Made by a program: the position numbers and the translations under genes | The notes under the pieces: generated by a model | The model's database searches: none | What the model saw: only the letters and a program-made list of their open reading frames with translations | Told to the model about the DNA's origin: nothing | Source: a virus | Taxonomy: Duplodnaviria; Heunggongvirae; Uroviricota; Caudoviricetes | Strand: one strand, 5' to 3' | Virus record (IMG/VR): IMGVR_UViG_3300045963_000248 | Span: 20,510-84,509 of that record | Length of the DNA stretch: 64,000 nucleotides | Part shown: piece after piece, positions 38,113-48,005 of the stretch | Layout: each line of letters begins with the position of its first letter | Numbering within the stretch: position 1 is the first letter of the stretch

Positions 38113-40363
38113 TGTCGATCTAAATGATTTACCAGCTCCTAGTGATTTGGTATCAGCAGATCATTTACCTTCTCCAGCAGAACTGGCAGGAGCTTCAGCT
38201 TCTCCAGAAACTCCAGGATATTTAGAAACATTAGCACATCACGTTCCACAAGGTTTAAGTTTTGGATTATCCGATGAATTAAAAGGTGCATTATCATCTC
38301 CAGTAGGTGCATTTCATACAATGCGAGAATTAGTAGGAGCTAAAGTTGCTCCTGAAGATACTGCAGAATATAAAAAAGTACGAGATGCTGAAAGAGCTGC
38401 ATTAGCTGCAACTCAGGAAGCTAACCCAATTACTGCAATAGCAGGACAAATTGCCGGAGGATTACTTCCCGGAGGATTAGTTGCTAAAGGTGTAGGAGCA
38501 TTAGCAGGAGCGCCTCTAACAGGTGTGCAGACAGCTTTAAGAGCTGGAGCGGCAGAAGGTGCATTATATGGTACTGGACAGTCAGACGCTGAAACTGGAA
38601 CAGGATTAGCTACAGGAGCTGCTACAGGTGGAGTACTCGGTGGAGCTATCGGCGGAACAGTTGGAAAGCTTGGTAAATTTTTAGGAGGAAACGCTGCAGA
38701 CGTTGCAAGCGGAGCTTCTCAGAATTTAGAAAAAGGCGCATTACAAGATTTAGGAGAATCTAAACTTGGAAGTAGACTTAAGGGATTTTTCCAAGCTGGT
38801 AAAGAAGGCGTAGATACTTCCTCAGAAGCTGCAGAAGCTGCTAGAGGTGTTGCCAATAAAGAGGAAGCTGGTAAAATATTAGACATTGCTCAGAAAAAAT
38901 CTATGGAAGTTGGTAAGGAAATTGGAGACAGAGTGAAAGCCGCTGGACCAATGAAACCGTCTGCATTAGAAGAAATAATGCCGCAATTACCTCAAAAAGT
39001 TCAAGAGGAAGTAGTCCAAGTATTACCGGGGAGAATTAATAAAATTTCAAATGCTCCGAAAGTTTTACAAGATGAATTATCAAGTGTTGAGAAAAATATT
39101 CAACAAATTATAGAAACTAATCCAGATCAGACTGTAAAGAATTTTCAGAAAGTTTCTACTGAAATGGTAGATCCTAATATTCTAGCCGGTGAGCTAGAGT
39201 ATAATCAATTAGCACAAGCTCAGTCTAATAGAATTAAACAAGCATTACAAGAAAATCCACAACAAACTCTTTCGGATTTGTATAATAATATAGTAAATAA
39301 AGAAGCTCCGTCCCCGGAACTTGATGATTTATTTCAACAATTAAAATATAAATCTGCAGTATCTAAATTAGCAAAAGAAGCTCAAGTAAATACAGGAATG
39401 GTTCCACCGGAAATTCAAAGTCTACAGCAATTACTAGATAAGAAATCAGCTTTGAAAAAAGCAGTTTCTCAATTTGGTAAAGTTGAAGTAGCAGAACCTG
39501 ATCAAATAGTAAAAGAAGTTGTGTCTAGATTAGATGCTTCCCATATTGCAGAAAGTGATAAAGCTCCTGCTGGAAAATTAAAAGATATCATTAGTAAGTA
39601 CGTAAAACCTGACGGTACAGTTGACCCTGAAAAATCGGTTGAATTTAGAAATTCATTAAATCATTTTACTAAAAGTACAGATTCCTACGAAATTGGAAAT
39701 TTAGCTAGAAAATTAAATACAGAAATTGGAGCATTTAGACGGGAAGCTGCTGGAGATTTATCTGGACAATTTCACGATATGAAATCTTTTGCGGATTTAT
39801 TAAAAATAGATACTGCAGGAATGACTGAGAATGAAATTAAAAACGAAATAGCTCCTAGATTTGCAAAATACTTAGAAAAATCAGAATCTACCGCAAGTAT
39901 GGATTCTGGACGTATGCAAGATTTAGTAGATAAATTTGTAGAAGCCACTGGAAACGATCCAGAAATAGCTAACAGTTTAAATAAAATTGCACAGAATGCA
40001 AAATACAGCGAATTACACAAAGTAAAATCTGGAAGTACAGGATCTATGTTTAATGACGGTGTGAATCGTTTAATGTTCGCATTCCCTCTGGAAACTGCAG
40101 GACAAGTAGCATCAAATCCATTATTACAAAAAGTAGCTAGTACCACTGCTACGTCTGGTGACAAGCTTTTAAATCTTCCCGCAGCAGCATGGAGAACAGT
40201 AGGAGCTAAAGTAAGCACTTCTTCCCCTACACTTAGCAAATTAGCAAATCAAATGGCAGATGCTACAGATGCTGGGAAAAAGAGAGCAATTTTGAATATA
40301 TTAAATCAAATGCCATTGTTTAGAAAAAGTATAGAGAGTTTAGCCGGAGTAGAGGAGAAATAA
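38099..40363 (+). CDS. Gly/Ala-rich internal virion protein (754 aa)
   Basis: GxxxG-rich segments (GGLLPGGLVAKGVGALAGAPLTG...). Confidence 0.5.
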   Translation: MSKNNVDLNDLPAPSDLVSADHLPSPAELAGASASPETPGYLETLAHHVPQGLSFGLSDELKGALSSPVGAFHTMRELVGAKVAPEDTAEYKKVRDAERAALAATQEANPITAIAGQIAGGLLPGGLVAKGVGALAGAPLTGVQTALRAGAAEGALYGTGQSDAETGTGLATGAATGGVLGGAIGGTVGKLGKFLGGNAADVASGASQNLEKGALQDLGESKLGSRLKGFFQAGKEGVDTSSEAAEAARGVANKEEAGKILDIAQKKSMEVGKEIGDRVKAAGPMKPSALEEIMPQLPQKVQEEVVQVLPGRINKISNAPKVLQDELSSVEKNIQQIIETNPDQTVKNFQKVSTEMVDPNILAGELEYNQLAQAQSNRIKQALQENPQQTLSDLYNNIVNKEAPSPELDDLFQQLKYKSAVSKLAKEAQVNTGMVPPEIQSLQQLLDKKSALKKAVSQFGKVEVAEPDQIVKEVVSRLDASHIAESDKAPAGKLKDIISKYVKPDGTVDPEKSVEFRNSLNHFTKSTDSYEIGNLARKLNTEIGAFRREAAGDLSGQFHDMKSFADLLKIDTAGMTENEIKNEIAPRFAKYLEKSESTASMDSGRMQDLVDKFVEATGNDPEIANSLNKIAQNAKYSELHKVKSGSTGSMFNDGVNRLMFAFPLETAGQVASNPLLQKVASTTATSGDKLLNLPAAAWRTVGAKVSTSSPTLSKLANQMADATDAGKKRAILNILNQMPLFRKSIESLAGVEEK

Positions 40364-40364
40364 T

Positions 40365-40640
40365 GTGGAAAAGCGATTTGAAAAGTTAGAAGATAAATTA
40401 GACACAGTTTCAGAACAATTAAATAGTATCGATAAAACGTTAACTGCAAATACGATAATTTTGGAAGAACACCAAAGACGCAGTTTAGCTAACGAAAAAG
40501 CTGTGGAACTTTTACAAAAACAAGTTCTCCCAATTGCAAAACATGTTCATGTAATGTCAGTATTTGGAAAAATAGCATTAGCAATTTTAAGTAGCAGTTT
40601 AGGATGGTATCTTTTACAAAGAGCTTTTAAATTAAGTTAA
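40365..40640 (+). CDS. small coiled-coil protein with C-terminal TM segment (GTG start)
   Basis: 91 aa; last + strand gene. Confidence 0.4.
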   Translation: MEKRFEKLEDKLDTVSEQLNSIDKTLTANTIILEEHQRRSLANEKAVELLQKQVLPIAKHVHVMSVFGKIALAILSSSLGWYLLQRAFKLS

Positions 40641-41078
40641 TTTCCGAAGTATACGTAAACTTAAAATACTATCTTCAATTTCTTCGAGAACTTCTTCCCG
40701 AGAGCTAGCAGTATCTTTAGTTTTTTCCAATAACTCGTCCAATTGCGTCGGGTAATTATTATAATTTATTCCCCCGGTAATTTCTTTTATAGTTAGCAAA
40801 TCATTATTACGTATATTATTTCGTGTCTCGCAATCTTTTTTCTGTTCCTTGGGATGCAGGGAATCTTCTGAAAAACTAGCACAATAATACTCGTCTGTAA
40901 ATTGATTTAAAAACTCCAGCTCTGCCGGGGATAATTTCTTCAGGTAGTCGTAATCAATTACACCTTGCCTAGCTTTCGTGTTCTTGGATTTTACCAGCCT
41001 TGGATAGTTTTTTAAGCTTATTTTTTTTTGAGGCTGTGGTGAATCTTTTTTTGTGGAACTTTTCTTTTTCGTACTCAA
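40632..41078 (-). CDS. hypothetical protein (start uncertain; 110-nt overlap with upstream ORF)
   Basis: 148 aa ORF, K-rich N-terminus, no alternative ATG/GTG/TTG start downstream. Confidence 0.3.
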   Translation of the reverse strand: MSTKKKSSTKKDSPQPQKKISLKNYPRLVKSKNTKARQGVIDYDYLKKLSPAELEFLNQFTDEYYCASFSEDSLHPKEQKKDCETRNNIRNNDLLTIKEITGGINYNNYPTQLDELLEKTKDTASSREEVLEEIEDSILSLRILRKLT

Positions 41079-41322
41079 ACACTAACTCCGTGTAATTTGG
41101 TATGTGATTTTTATTAAATTTAACCATTCTTCCGATGAATGATTTTTTAAATACTGATTCTTTTGCTTTGTTATTTTCTTTTTTGTATAGCCAGAAAAAA
41201 AATGCTATTGGTTTTTTATAAAAGCCTGTTTCGAGCTGATACTTTTTTTTAAAAGCGAGGACTGTGAAATCCTCGCCTGTATCTTCAATATCCTGTAGAG
41301 CTATTTTATAGAGATCTTCCAT
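40969..41322 (-). CDS. hypothetical protein
   Basis: 117 aa. Confidence 0.35.
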   Translation of the reverse strand: MEDLYKIALQDIEDTGEDFTVLAFKKKYQLETGFYKKPIAFFFWLYKKENNKAKESVFKKSFIGRMVKFNKNHIPNYTELVFEYEKEKFHKKRFTTASKKNKLKKLSKAGKIQEHES

Positions 41323-42085
41323 AAGTTTTACTTTTCTCAGTAAGGTAAACTTCAGTAGCTACTTTTGTTCTGTTAACTTCTGTTTCCTGTTTAAAAGAAA
41401 CTTTAATTGGGTTTGTAATTAAAGGGCAGTTAGCAAATTCTACATTTACAATTCCAAAGAATGTATTAAATTCCTGAGAGTGGGTTCCGCTTAAGTCTCC
41501 ATCACAGGCGACAGTAGCTAATCCGTCTGCAAATCCAGCTTTAATAGCTTTTTCTGGCAACGCATAGTATTCGTCGTGAATTAACGCTTGGTATGCTTTT
41601 AAAGACATATTAGCACGTTTAGCAACGCCAATATCTAAAGCTTCTGCAACGTCTCCGTAAAAATCTACTCTAACGTTTAGTTCCCCCGGAAACTGCCCGC
41701 CTACGCCATTCAGTGCAGCTCTGTGTGACATTAAAACACCAGATTCTGCCATTAATCTTTTTCCCGGTAAAGCTTGCACAATTTGGAATCCCATACTTGC
41801 TGCAAACATTGTAATAGTGTGTATTGGTCTGCGAGAAGTCTTAGCAAAACGGATTAATTCCATTCCTGCGAAAATGCTACCACCCGGAGTATTTAATACT
41901 AAGTAAATTGGCTCTTCGCTAACAAGGTCATTTAATCTCTGGATGTCCACCATAGCAGCAGTAACAGAAGCGCCATCCACTTCAGAAGAAAGAGACACCG
42001 TGTTGTCAGCCTTTAAAATTACAGTTTCAGCCGCAACTGAAAACGACAGCAAAAGCGCTGCAATAATTAACATTTTTTTAAACAT
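41306..42085 (-). CDS. secreted ClpP/S49(SppA/NfeD)-like serine protease
   Basis: Sec signal (MFKKMLIIAALLLSFSVAA); YLVLNTPGGSIFAGMELI matches ClpP/crotonase-fold protease motif. Confidence 0.6.
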   Translation of the reverse strand: MFKKMLIIAALLLSFSVAAETVILKADNTVSLSSEVDGASVTAAMVDIQRLNDLVSEEPIYLVLNTPGGSIFAGMELIRFAKTSRRPIHTITMFAASMGFQIVQALPGKRLMAESGVLMSHRAALNGVGGQFPGELNVRVDFYGDVAEALDIGVAKRANMSLKAYQALIHDEYYALPEKAIKAGFADGLATVACDGDLSGTHSQEFNTFFGIVNVEFANCPLITNPIKVSFKQETEVNRTKVATEVYLTEKSKTYGRSL

Positions 42086-42141
42086 GAAAACTCCTATATG
42101 TTTTTAAGAAAGTAGGAGTATAGCACGGAAGTTAAGTATTG

Positions 42142-42366
42142 TCAATAACTTTTATGTAAAATATTATGAGGATCGTGAATAGTCCAAGTTCCGTCTTTAA
42201 CATGGGCAATAGCCTCCGGCGATAGGCTAAAGTTTCTCGGTTCTCCCTGAAATTTCCACAAACCTACAATGAGTGGAATTCCCTGGGAATACTCAATTCC
42301 TCGGATAAGTATTACCTTTCCATTCAGACTGATTATTTCACCATTATTGTCAAATATATCCAACAT
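42142..42366 (-). CDS. small protein, paralog of 43852..44139
   Basis: shared MLDIFD(N/E)(N/D)G(E/K)II N-terminus. Confidence 0.4.
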   Translation of the reverse strand: MLDIFDNNGEIISLNGKVILIRGIEYSQGIPLIVGLWKFQGEPRNFSLSPEAIAHVKDGTWTIHDPHNILHKSY

Positions 42367-42884
42367 TACAATCTCCCAAATAGTTCTCTAAAATAGTAAT
42401 CTTGATCTTTAAAAAAGCATCCAAAAAGCCCATCTGACGGATGCATAATTGACTTAGGGCAGCCGTTTTTCCTGTAACCCTCAACGTGATCTTTCCCTAG
42501 AGTACAGTGCCCTAATTCGTGTATCACTAAAGCGTATTTTTGCTCCACAGAGGCATTTTGGAAGTAAGCATAGTGTATTGATATAAATTTGGAAGCATGT
42601 CCATTAAACCCTTCGCAAAGCCCTACCCAATTCTTTACCGGAAACTTATCTACGAATTTTACTACTAGATTTTTGTAATCAGGGGATGCGCCGTACATTA
42701 TTGCTGTATCGTTAAAATACTTTACAATTGGAGTTAGTCCCGATTCTATTTGAGGTTTTTGATAAACCGCCCCAGTGAAAATAAGATAGTGAAGTATACA
42801 AGATAGTATAATAAAAACCGACCAATCACTCAGTATCCTTTTTACGTTTTTTAGAAGTTCTACGAGTTTCATTTTCGGCTCCAC
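42366..42884 (-). CDS. membrane-anchored zinc metallopeptidase (metzincin-like HELGHxxxGxxH + Met-turn SIMHP)
   Basis: N-terminal TM; HExxH motif VIHELGHCTLGKDH. Confidence 0.55.
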   Translation of the reverse strand: MEPKMKLVELLKNVKRILSDWSVFIILSCILHYLIFTGAVYQKPQIESGLTPIVKYFNDTAIMYGASPDYKNLVVKFVDKFPVKNWVGLCEGFNGHASKFISIHYAYFQNASVEQKYALVIHELGHCTLGKDHVEGYRKNGCPKSIMHPSDGLFGCFFKDQDYYFRELFGRL

Positions 42885-43164
42885 TTTTTCTCTTATGGCA
42901 ATCTTTACATATTATTTGTAACTTGTCAACAGGTACTTTTAAACGTGTTACAAAGCTGTCTAAGCTGTCCCAGCCTGTTGTAGGTGTAACCGGCTCAATA
43001 TGGTCGATCTGCACCTCTTTACGGGTAAAAATAAGCTTACAAGCTGCACATAGATACTGATTACGATCCACTCTCGCTGCTACCAGAGCTTGGTTCCGTT
43101 CCCGGTCCCGCATCCATGCCCTCCGTAGCACCTGTACTGCCCACGCTTTTAATTTGGAGTCCAT
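42826..43164 (-). CDS. small HNH endonuclease
   Basis: CAACKL...IDHIEP...CKDCHKRK; overlaps both neighbours. Confidence 0.55.
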   Translation of the reverse strand: MDSKLKAWAVQVLRRAWMRDRERNQALVAARVDRNQYLCAACKLIFTRKEVQIDHIEPVTPTTGWDSLDSFVTRLKVPVDKLQIICKDCHKRKSGAENETRRTSKKRKKDTE

Positions 43165-43603
43165 TCCATTCCTCTGTCACGTAAATATAATCATCTACCA
43201 ACATCGTGTCAGCAGAATTTCCAGTAGATACTGAAATAAATAAATCAAGTTCTTCGAAATTATACCCGATCGGCTTCGGGGTAAGCAATTGCCCACCTAT
43301 ATGGGTTTTTTTAAAAAGCTTTACATTTTTGTAACTACTACGGAAATCCCAAATTCCAGACGTGCTAGCTAAATAGGTTCCCTCGGAAACAATTGTTTTA
43401 TCAAATGCAGATGTTCGTATTTTTATAATTCTAGCCATTAAGCTAATTTTAGAAACTATTTTACTTTTAGTATACTGCTGCTTGTGTAAATTGTACCCGC
43501 GAATCCAATCGCCTTCTTTTACGTCTACAGCTAAAATATCTTCGTAAGCTTTACTCAGATGGTTCCATTTCTGGATTACACTGTGTTTGTGGATTAAGAA
43601 CAT
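43061..43603 (-). CDS. hypothetical protein with low-complexity C-terminus overlapping the HNH ORF
   Basis: 180 aa; 104-nt overlap with 42826..43164. Confidence 0.4.
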   Translation of the reverse strand: MFLIHKHSVIQKWNHLSKAYEDILAVDVKEGDWIRGYNLHKQQYTKSKIVSKISLMARIIKIRTSAFDKTIVSEGTYLASTSGIWDFRSSYKNVKLFKKTHIGGQLLTPKPIGYNFEELDLFISVSTGNSADTMLVDDYIYVTEEWNGLQIKSVGSTGATEGMDAGPGTEPSSGSSESGS

Positions 43604-43851
43604 GAGTATCCCTATGTTTACAATTTAAGCACATAATTATCTTTTTTCCGGGAGCATCGAAAAAAGTTAAATTAATACTATGACATTTAACACATTCTGG
43701 CTCCACTGTCAACTCTTTTTTCCTCTTTTTCTCTTTAATTAGCGAAAGTACCTCTTCAACGGGTATTTTATCGAATTTGGATTCAATAAAACTTTGTGTA
43801 CGCTGAAATGCTGCTTTTAAGGTAGCTAATTCTGATAGGAGTTTTTTATTG

Positions 43852-44139
43852 TCAGAGGACAGTCTCCGGATCGCGTCCTTCAGTTTCCGGACTTCCCCCG
43901 ACTCTCCTGCCTCTCTCGGAAATGACTTGTGCGGCTTTTTCAGAAGTACTCCTTTTGTCTACTATTTTATAGTAATCGAATACTGGATTATGAGTTAAAT
44001 TCCTAGGCTCAAAACAATGAAAGTGACTGTCTGTTTCAAAAAAGACCTTGCAATTTATTAAGTCAGTTCCAGATAAACAATGTATTTCATTTTGAATAAT
44101 TTTACCATCTTCGTCAAAAATGTCTAACATTATTTCCAC
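43852..44139 (-). CDS. small protein, paralog of 42142..42366
   Basis: MEIMLDIFDEDGKII N-terminus. Confidence 0.4.
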   Translation of the reverse strand: MEIMLDIFDEDGKIIQNEIHCLSGTDLINCKVFFETDSHFHCFEPRNLTHNPVFDYYKIVDKRSTSEKAAQVISERGRRVGGSPETEGRDPETVL

Positions 44140-44795
44140 CGGTTCGCTTTCATTTTAGCTTGCCACCACATTACAATTTCCATTTGTAAGGAATTCACTG
44201 TGGAGTCGTTTAAAATAACTACATCGATATTTTCACGAGATTCCCCGAGTAATTCAGAAGCGTGTGCGTCTGCAGCTAACGCCGGTAATCCTGGGCGTAA
44301 CACTAAAAAATTGTACCCGCCTAAATCTTTAATTAACTGTCTTTCGTTTAGAAATCTAGCATCTGAAATTATAAAATTACCTTCGAGTTTTTTAAGAGTA
44401 TTTTTGCAGATATTTATCCAAATATCGTTCCCGAAAGCAGCGCGGCAGAAATCCGTACCTACTCGCTGTAACAGATCTCGGGGAGAAATGAGAGTAAATC
44501 CTAATCCTTTAGAATTTAACTCATTAATTTGATCTGGTGTGAAAACACATCCCGTGTCTCGCAGATTTGCAACAAGGCATTCCAAATGGTGTTCTGTAAC
44601 TTGTACAGGCACTTGGAATAGTGAATCTTTTAAATTGTCGTCATAAAAATGATTTAAAGGTATTTCAAAAGTTTTAGAACATAATAATTTTAAAGGGTCT
44701 GCAAAAGAAATTTGTTTAAATCCAAAGTCTTTTACCATAATTTGAGCTAAAGTGTCTTTTCCAGATCTAGCTCTCCCGTTTACACCAATAATCAT
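44130..44795 (-). CDS. deoxynucleoside monophosphate kinase-like P-loop kinase
   Basis: GVNGRARSGKDT P-loop, architecture like T4 gp1-type dNMP kinases. Confidence 0.55.
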   Translation of the reverse strand: MIIGVNGRARSGKDTLAQIMVKDFGFKQISFADPLKLLCSKTFEIPLNHFYDDNLKDSLFQVPVQVTEHHLECLVANLRDTGCVFTPDQINELNSKGLGFTLISPRDLLQRVGTDFCRAAFGNDIWINICKNTLKKLEGNFIISDARFLNERQLIKDLGGYNFLVLRPGLPALAADAHASELLGESRENIDVVILNDSTVNSLQMEIVMWWQAKMKANRWK

Positions 44796-44838
44796 GTTCC
44801 CTCCGATGATTCAGTATACCATATCTAAAAAAGGATGT

Positions 44839-45177
44839 CTAGCATTTTTTTAAAATAAAATCCACAATGCTATCTGTAACTTTTTCCAAGCTGTGCGCAT
44901 TATTTCCGTATACAGTACAGGCAAGCTCCTCAACATCGTCAGAATCCATTTTAGAGGAGTTTTCAGTATCTGTGCTGCACATAAAAGCATGGAACACTTC
45001 ATGCCTAATAATAGCGGTGCGCAGCTCTGATTTGTCAAAATACATTTCTTTATCGTCAGGATAAACTACAGCTTTACTGTCTTTACCATGTTTACGAATA
45101 TAGACGGCGTGAGTCTGGACAAATATTTTCCATTTCACGCCTTTAATTGACTGCTCAAGAAATTTTGCAGAAGTCAT
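44839..45177 (-). CDS. small HExxH metallopeptidase-like protein
   Basis: IRHEVFHAF motif. Confidence 0.4.
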   Translation of the reverse strand: MTSAKFLEQSIKGVKWKIFVQTHAVYIRKHGKDSKAVVYPDDKEMYFDKSELRTAIIRHEVFHAFMCSTDTENSSKMDSDDVEELACTVYGNNAHSLEKVTDSIVDFILKKC

Positions 45178-45185
45178 AACATTTC

Positions 45186-46112
45186 CTACTTTAATCTACT
45201 TTTTTGATCTTTAGATAGAAGATTTTTAGTATCTTTGTACTCCTTACCGCAATCCCGGCAAGTGTATCTTTGCTGTTTTGCAGAATTAGAATAAATAAAT
45301 CCATTCTTTTTAATATCAGTACTTCCGCACGAGCATCTCTCTTCTAAATTTTCATTAAATACTGACCAACGGATAGTTTTATCCCACGGAGCTAATTTAA
45401 GGTATAATTCTTCTAAACTTAAAACATCGTACATATTGTATTTTTTCATACTCTCGAAAGCTTTAGGATTACCCTTCATACACTCATTCCAAAGTTTGAA
45501 TCCGGAAAAATCAGAGTGATCTAGTTTTTTGTATTTAGTACATAACATTTCTGTCATGTAAGCTAATTTGTTACTAGTAAAGTTAAAATTCTTCTTAGCA
45601 ATTCTTAGCGTATCGATATTTCTAAAACTAGAAGTAGGTTTCATTCCATGCTTTATAAATCTAGCATTTAATTTAGGTAAGTCAAAACGAATACCATTTT
45701 GTGTAATTGTCACATCACATTCTTCCAGTAAACTATGAATTATCTTTAAAAGTTTTCTATCGTCTCTAACGTCTTTTTCATTTTTTGTATCAAAATACAT
45801 AACTTCTTTTTCAGGAGCGCCTAGCCATTTAGCACTGAAGCTTAAAATAGACCAATCAGTTTTAATCATGTCTAAACTAATATTCTGATCGAAAGTACCC
45901 CAAGCAAAAACTTCCATAGGTAAAGTTTCAATGTCTAATAGTAATACTTTAGGGGAAGAGTTATCCTCCTCTTCAACTTTTTTACGCATTTGACGGTAAT
46001 AGGTTTTACGTAAAGCATTAGGAGTATGTTCTGGAAAAATAACTGCAATCTGTTGCCAAGTCATTCCCTGTTGTCTACAGATTACCAATCTTTCTAATTC
46101 AGTATCATTCAT
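45186..46112 (-). CDS. DEDD-type 3'-5' exonuclease with N-terminal HTH and C-terminal zinc ribbon
   Basis: LLLDIETLP exo I motif; CSCG...CRDCG ribbon. Confidence 0.55.
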   Translation of the reverse strand: MNDTELERLVICRQQGMTWQQIAVIFPEHTPNALRKTYYRQMRKKVEEEDNSSPKVLLLDIETLPMEVFAWGTFDQNISLDMIKTDWSILSFSAKWLGAPEKEVMYFDTKNEKDVRDDRKLLKIIHSLLEECDVTITQNGIRFDLPKLNARFIKHGMKPTSSFRNIDTLRIAKKNFNFTSNKLAYMTEMLCTKYKKLDHSDFSGFKLWNECMKGNPKAFESMKKYNMYDVLSLEELYLKLAPWDKTIRWSVFNENLEERCSCGSTDIKKNGFIYSNSAKQQRYTCRDCGKEYKDTKNLLSKDQKSRLK

Positions 46113-46123
46113 AAAATTCCTTT

Positions 46124-46276
46124 TTAGTTTAACGGACTATTCCTGTCCACTTGTAAATGTTCTGTTATTTTCGCCTGATATAGTGCTATCGAATTCATTA
46201 CGATATTCCGCATAGCTTCAGTTTCATCCTCACTGAGAGGATCTTCCACTTCCAGAGACTCAATTACAATTTCCAT
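46124..46276 (-). CDS. small acidic protein (50 aa, below ORF-track cutoff)
   Basis: ATG 46276, stop 12 nt before exonuclease ATG. Confidence 0.3.
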   Translation of the reverse strand: MEIVIESLEVEDPLSEDETEAMRNIVMNSIALYQAKITEHLQVDRNSPLN

Positions 46277-46326
46277 AATTTCGTCTATCCAAGCTTTATT
46301 AAGTTCTACTCGTATTGGCTTAATAA

Positions 46327-46719
46327 TTACTCCTTAGACAGTTCCAATTCAGTTGCTTCATGTTCTTCTTCTAATTCGTCCCCGAAGTCCACTTCCTCTG
46401 AAATTTGAGTTCTAACCTGCTTCATTTGCTCTTGGTACATTTTTATTTCAGAAATGATAACTTCTACACGTTCCTCGCCTAAAATGCGGGAAATGTCTTC
46501 TCTATTTTCTGCGGTGAGCTGATCGTAACTTGCTAACTGATATAGCATTTGCTCAGCTTGGTCGATTGTTAAATTTACTTTTGTAGCAATAGCAACAGTA
46601 TTAAAATACTTACCGTCCATTACACGACCTAAATGTTCGTAGCCATCTTTTGTAGTAATATACACAGTACTGTTTTCATCACGTTTTTGTAAAAGTTCGA
46701 TAAGTTCTTTAATTTTCAT
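46327..46719 (-). CDS. acidic hypothetical protein
   Basis: 130 aa, E/D-rich C-terminus. Confidence 0.45.
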   Translation of the reverse strand: MKIKELIELLQKRDENSTVYITTKDGYEHLGRVMDGKYFNTVAIATKVNLTIDQAEQMLYQLASYDQLTAENREDISRILGEERVEVIISEIKMYQEQMKQVRTQISEEVDFGDELEEEHEATELELSKE

Positions 46720-46891
46720 TGTAAACTCCTATTAGTTGGTAATTATATAAACTGTAAGCTAAAGATCTAATACTATCTTTAATACTCAATAAATAATTTT
46801 TATCCCCGTAATCCCAGCGTATTTTACCACACTCTGACATAGAAATCAACACAATTCGATCACTCCAATCAGAATAATAAATGCTAATCAT
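46709..46891 (-). CDS. small hypothetical protein
   Basis: 60 aa, overlapping stops/starts. Confidence 0.3.
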   Translation of the reverse strand: MISIYYSDWSDRIVLISMSECGKIRWDYGDKNYLLSIKDSIRSLAYSLYNYQLIGVYNEN

Positions 46892-47090
46892 TTAAAAACT
46901 CCTCTAACTGTAAGTAAATTAAATGTTCTACAGATTTTACAGCGCCTCCGTATCTGGAATAATGCGGTGTCTGGTCCACAAAACTTTCCCCGCATTCGCA
47001 TTGCCGGAATTGACCGGGATATTCACTTCTTAGAATAGTATCGCAAATGCTACACTGGCACAGTTCCGGGGAAAATATAACTTTTTCCAT
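46884..47090 (-). CDS. zinc-ribbon mini-protein
   Basis: CQCSIC ... CECG. Confidence 0.4.
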   Translation of the reverse strand: MEKVIFSPELCQCSICDTILRSEYPGQFRQCECGESFVDQTPHYSRYGGAVKSVEHLIYLQLEEFLND

Positions 47091-47299
47091 TATTTAATCT
47101 CCTGAAAATACTTTTTAAATTGATCTAATTTATATAGCATCCTAATATTAATGTCTTCTCGGAGCATGCATACTTCGTCTCCAAAATCCACTAAAAGGCT
47201 GTAAGTAGCATTGTTGTCTTTGTGGCGGAACCGTTTCGGATCGATACACTCACACAGTTGCGGAAATCCACAGGTTTTACAATTGGCTAATTTAGTCAT
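47090..47299 (-). CDS. Cys-rich mini-protein
   Basis: CKTCGFPQLCEC. Confidence 0.4.
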   Translation of the reverse strand: MTKLANCKTCGFPQLCECIDPKRFRHKDNNATYSLLVDFGDEVCMLREDINIRMLYKLDQFKKYFQEIK

Positions 47300-47489
47300 T
47301 TAAGTATTCCTTTAGATGTTCCCAAACTTCTCCGTATTTTTCAGCTTCTTTTTCACTTCCATATTTTATTTTAAGGCGGAAAACTTCGTCGTAAATTCCT
47401 TCCAAGAGCAGTTTATTTTTTACAGCGTTTACGATTGCATCTCTGTCGAAGTCATCTTCGCATTCTGTTGTAATTGTGTACTTAATCAT
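47292..47489 (-). CDS. small hypothetical protein
   Basis: 65 aa. Confidence 0.4.
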   Translation of the reverse strand: MIKYTITTECEDDFDRDAIVNAVKNKLLLEGIYDEVFRLKIKYGSEKEAEKYGEVWEHLKEYLND

Positions 47490-47627
47490 TTTCTCTCCTG
47501 AACTTTTCAGTTTTATCTTGCAAATAGCACATAATACAGTATACAGAAGTCATTCCTAAAAAAAGCCCAATTCCAAAAGCGGAATATAAAATTGCCATAC
47601 TTACGGGATCTGCTAAAATTATACCAT

Positions 47628-48005
47628 TCACACAAGTTCCCGGTTTAGTATTTCTTTTAATTTCAAAGCTGCAGTACGAGTTAACATTACCTGACCGTAA
47701 CTATCTATAATACTCACATACTCGGGATCGAAACTAACCATAGCTCCGTCTGTTAAATTTAAATTAACTTCATTTAGGTAGTCTAAAATCTCAGTGTCTG
47801 TAGCTAGAGTTAATCTTGTATTATTTGTAAAAGTGAGATTTCTAGTTTTCATTCTAAAATACTGGATTTCCCCAATTAATTTATCACCATTTAATCGAAC
47901 TTCAGGTTCCTGAAATAATTTAGTAATTACTCCAAGTCCGTGGAGAGTATTATAATAGAGTTCTCCAACTTTTAGCCCGTACAAGTAATATTTTTCTTTT
48001 AACAT
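47628..48005 (-). CDS. hypothetical protein
   Basis: 125 aa. Confidence 0.45.
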   Translation of the reverse strand: MLKEKYYLYGLKVGELYYNTLHGLGVITKLFQEPEVRLNGDKLIGEIQYFRMKTRNLTFTNNTRLTLATDTEILDYLNEVNLNLTDGAMVSFDPEYVSIIDSYGQVMLTRTAALKLKEILNRELV

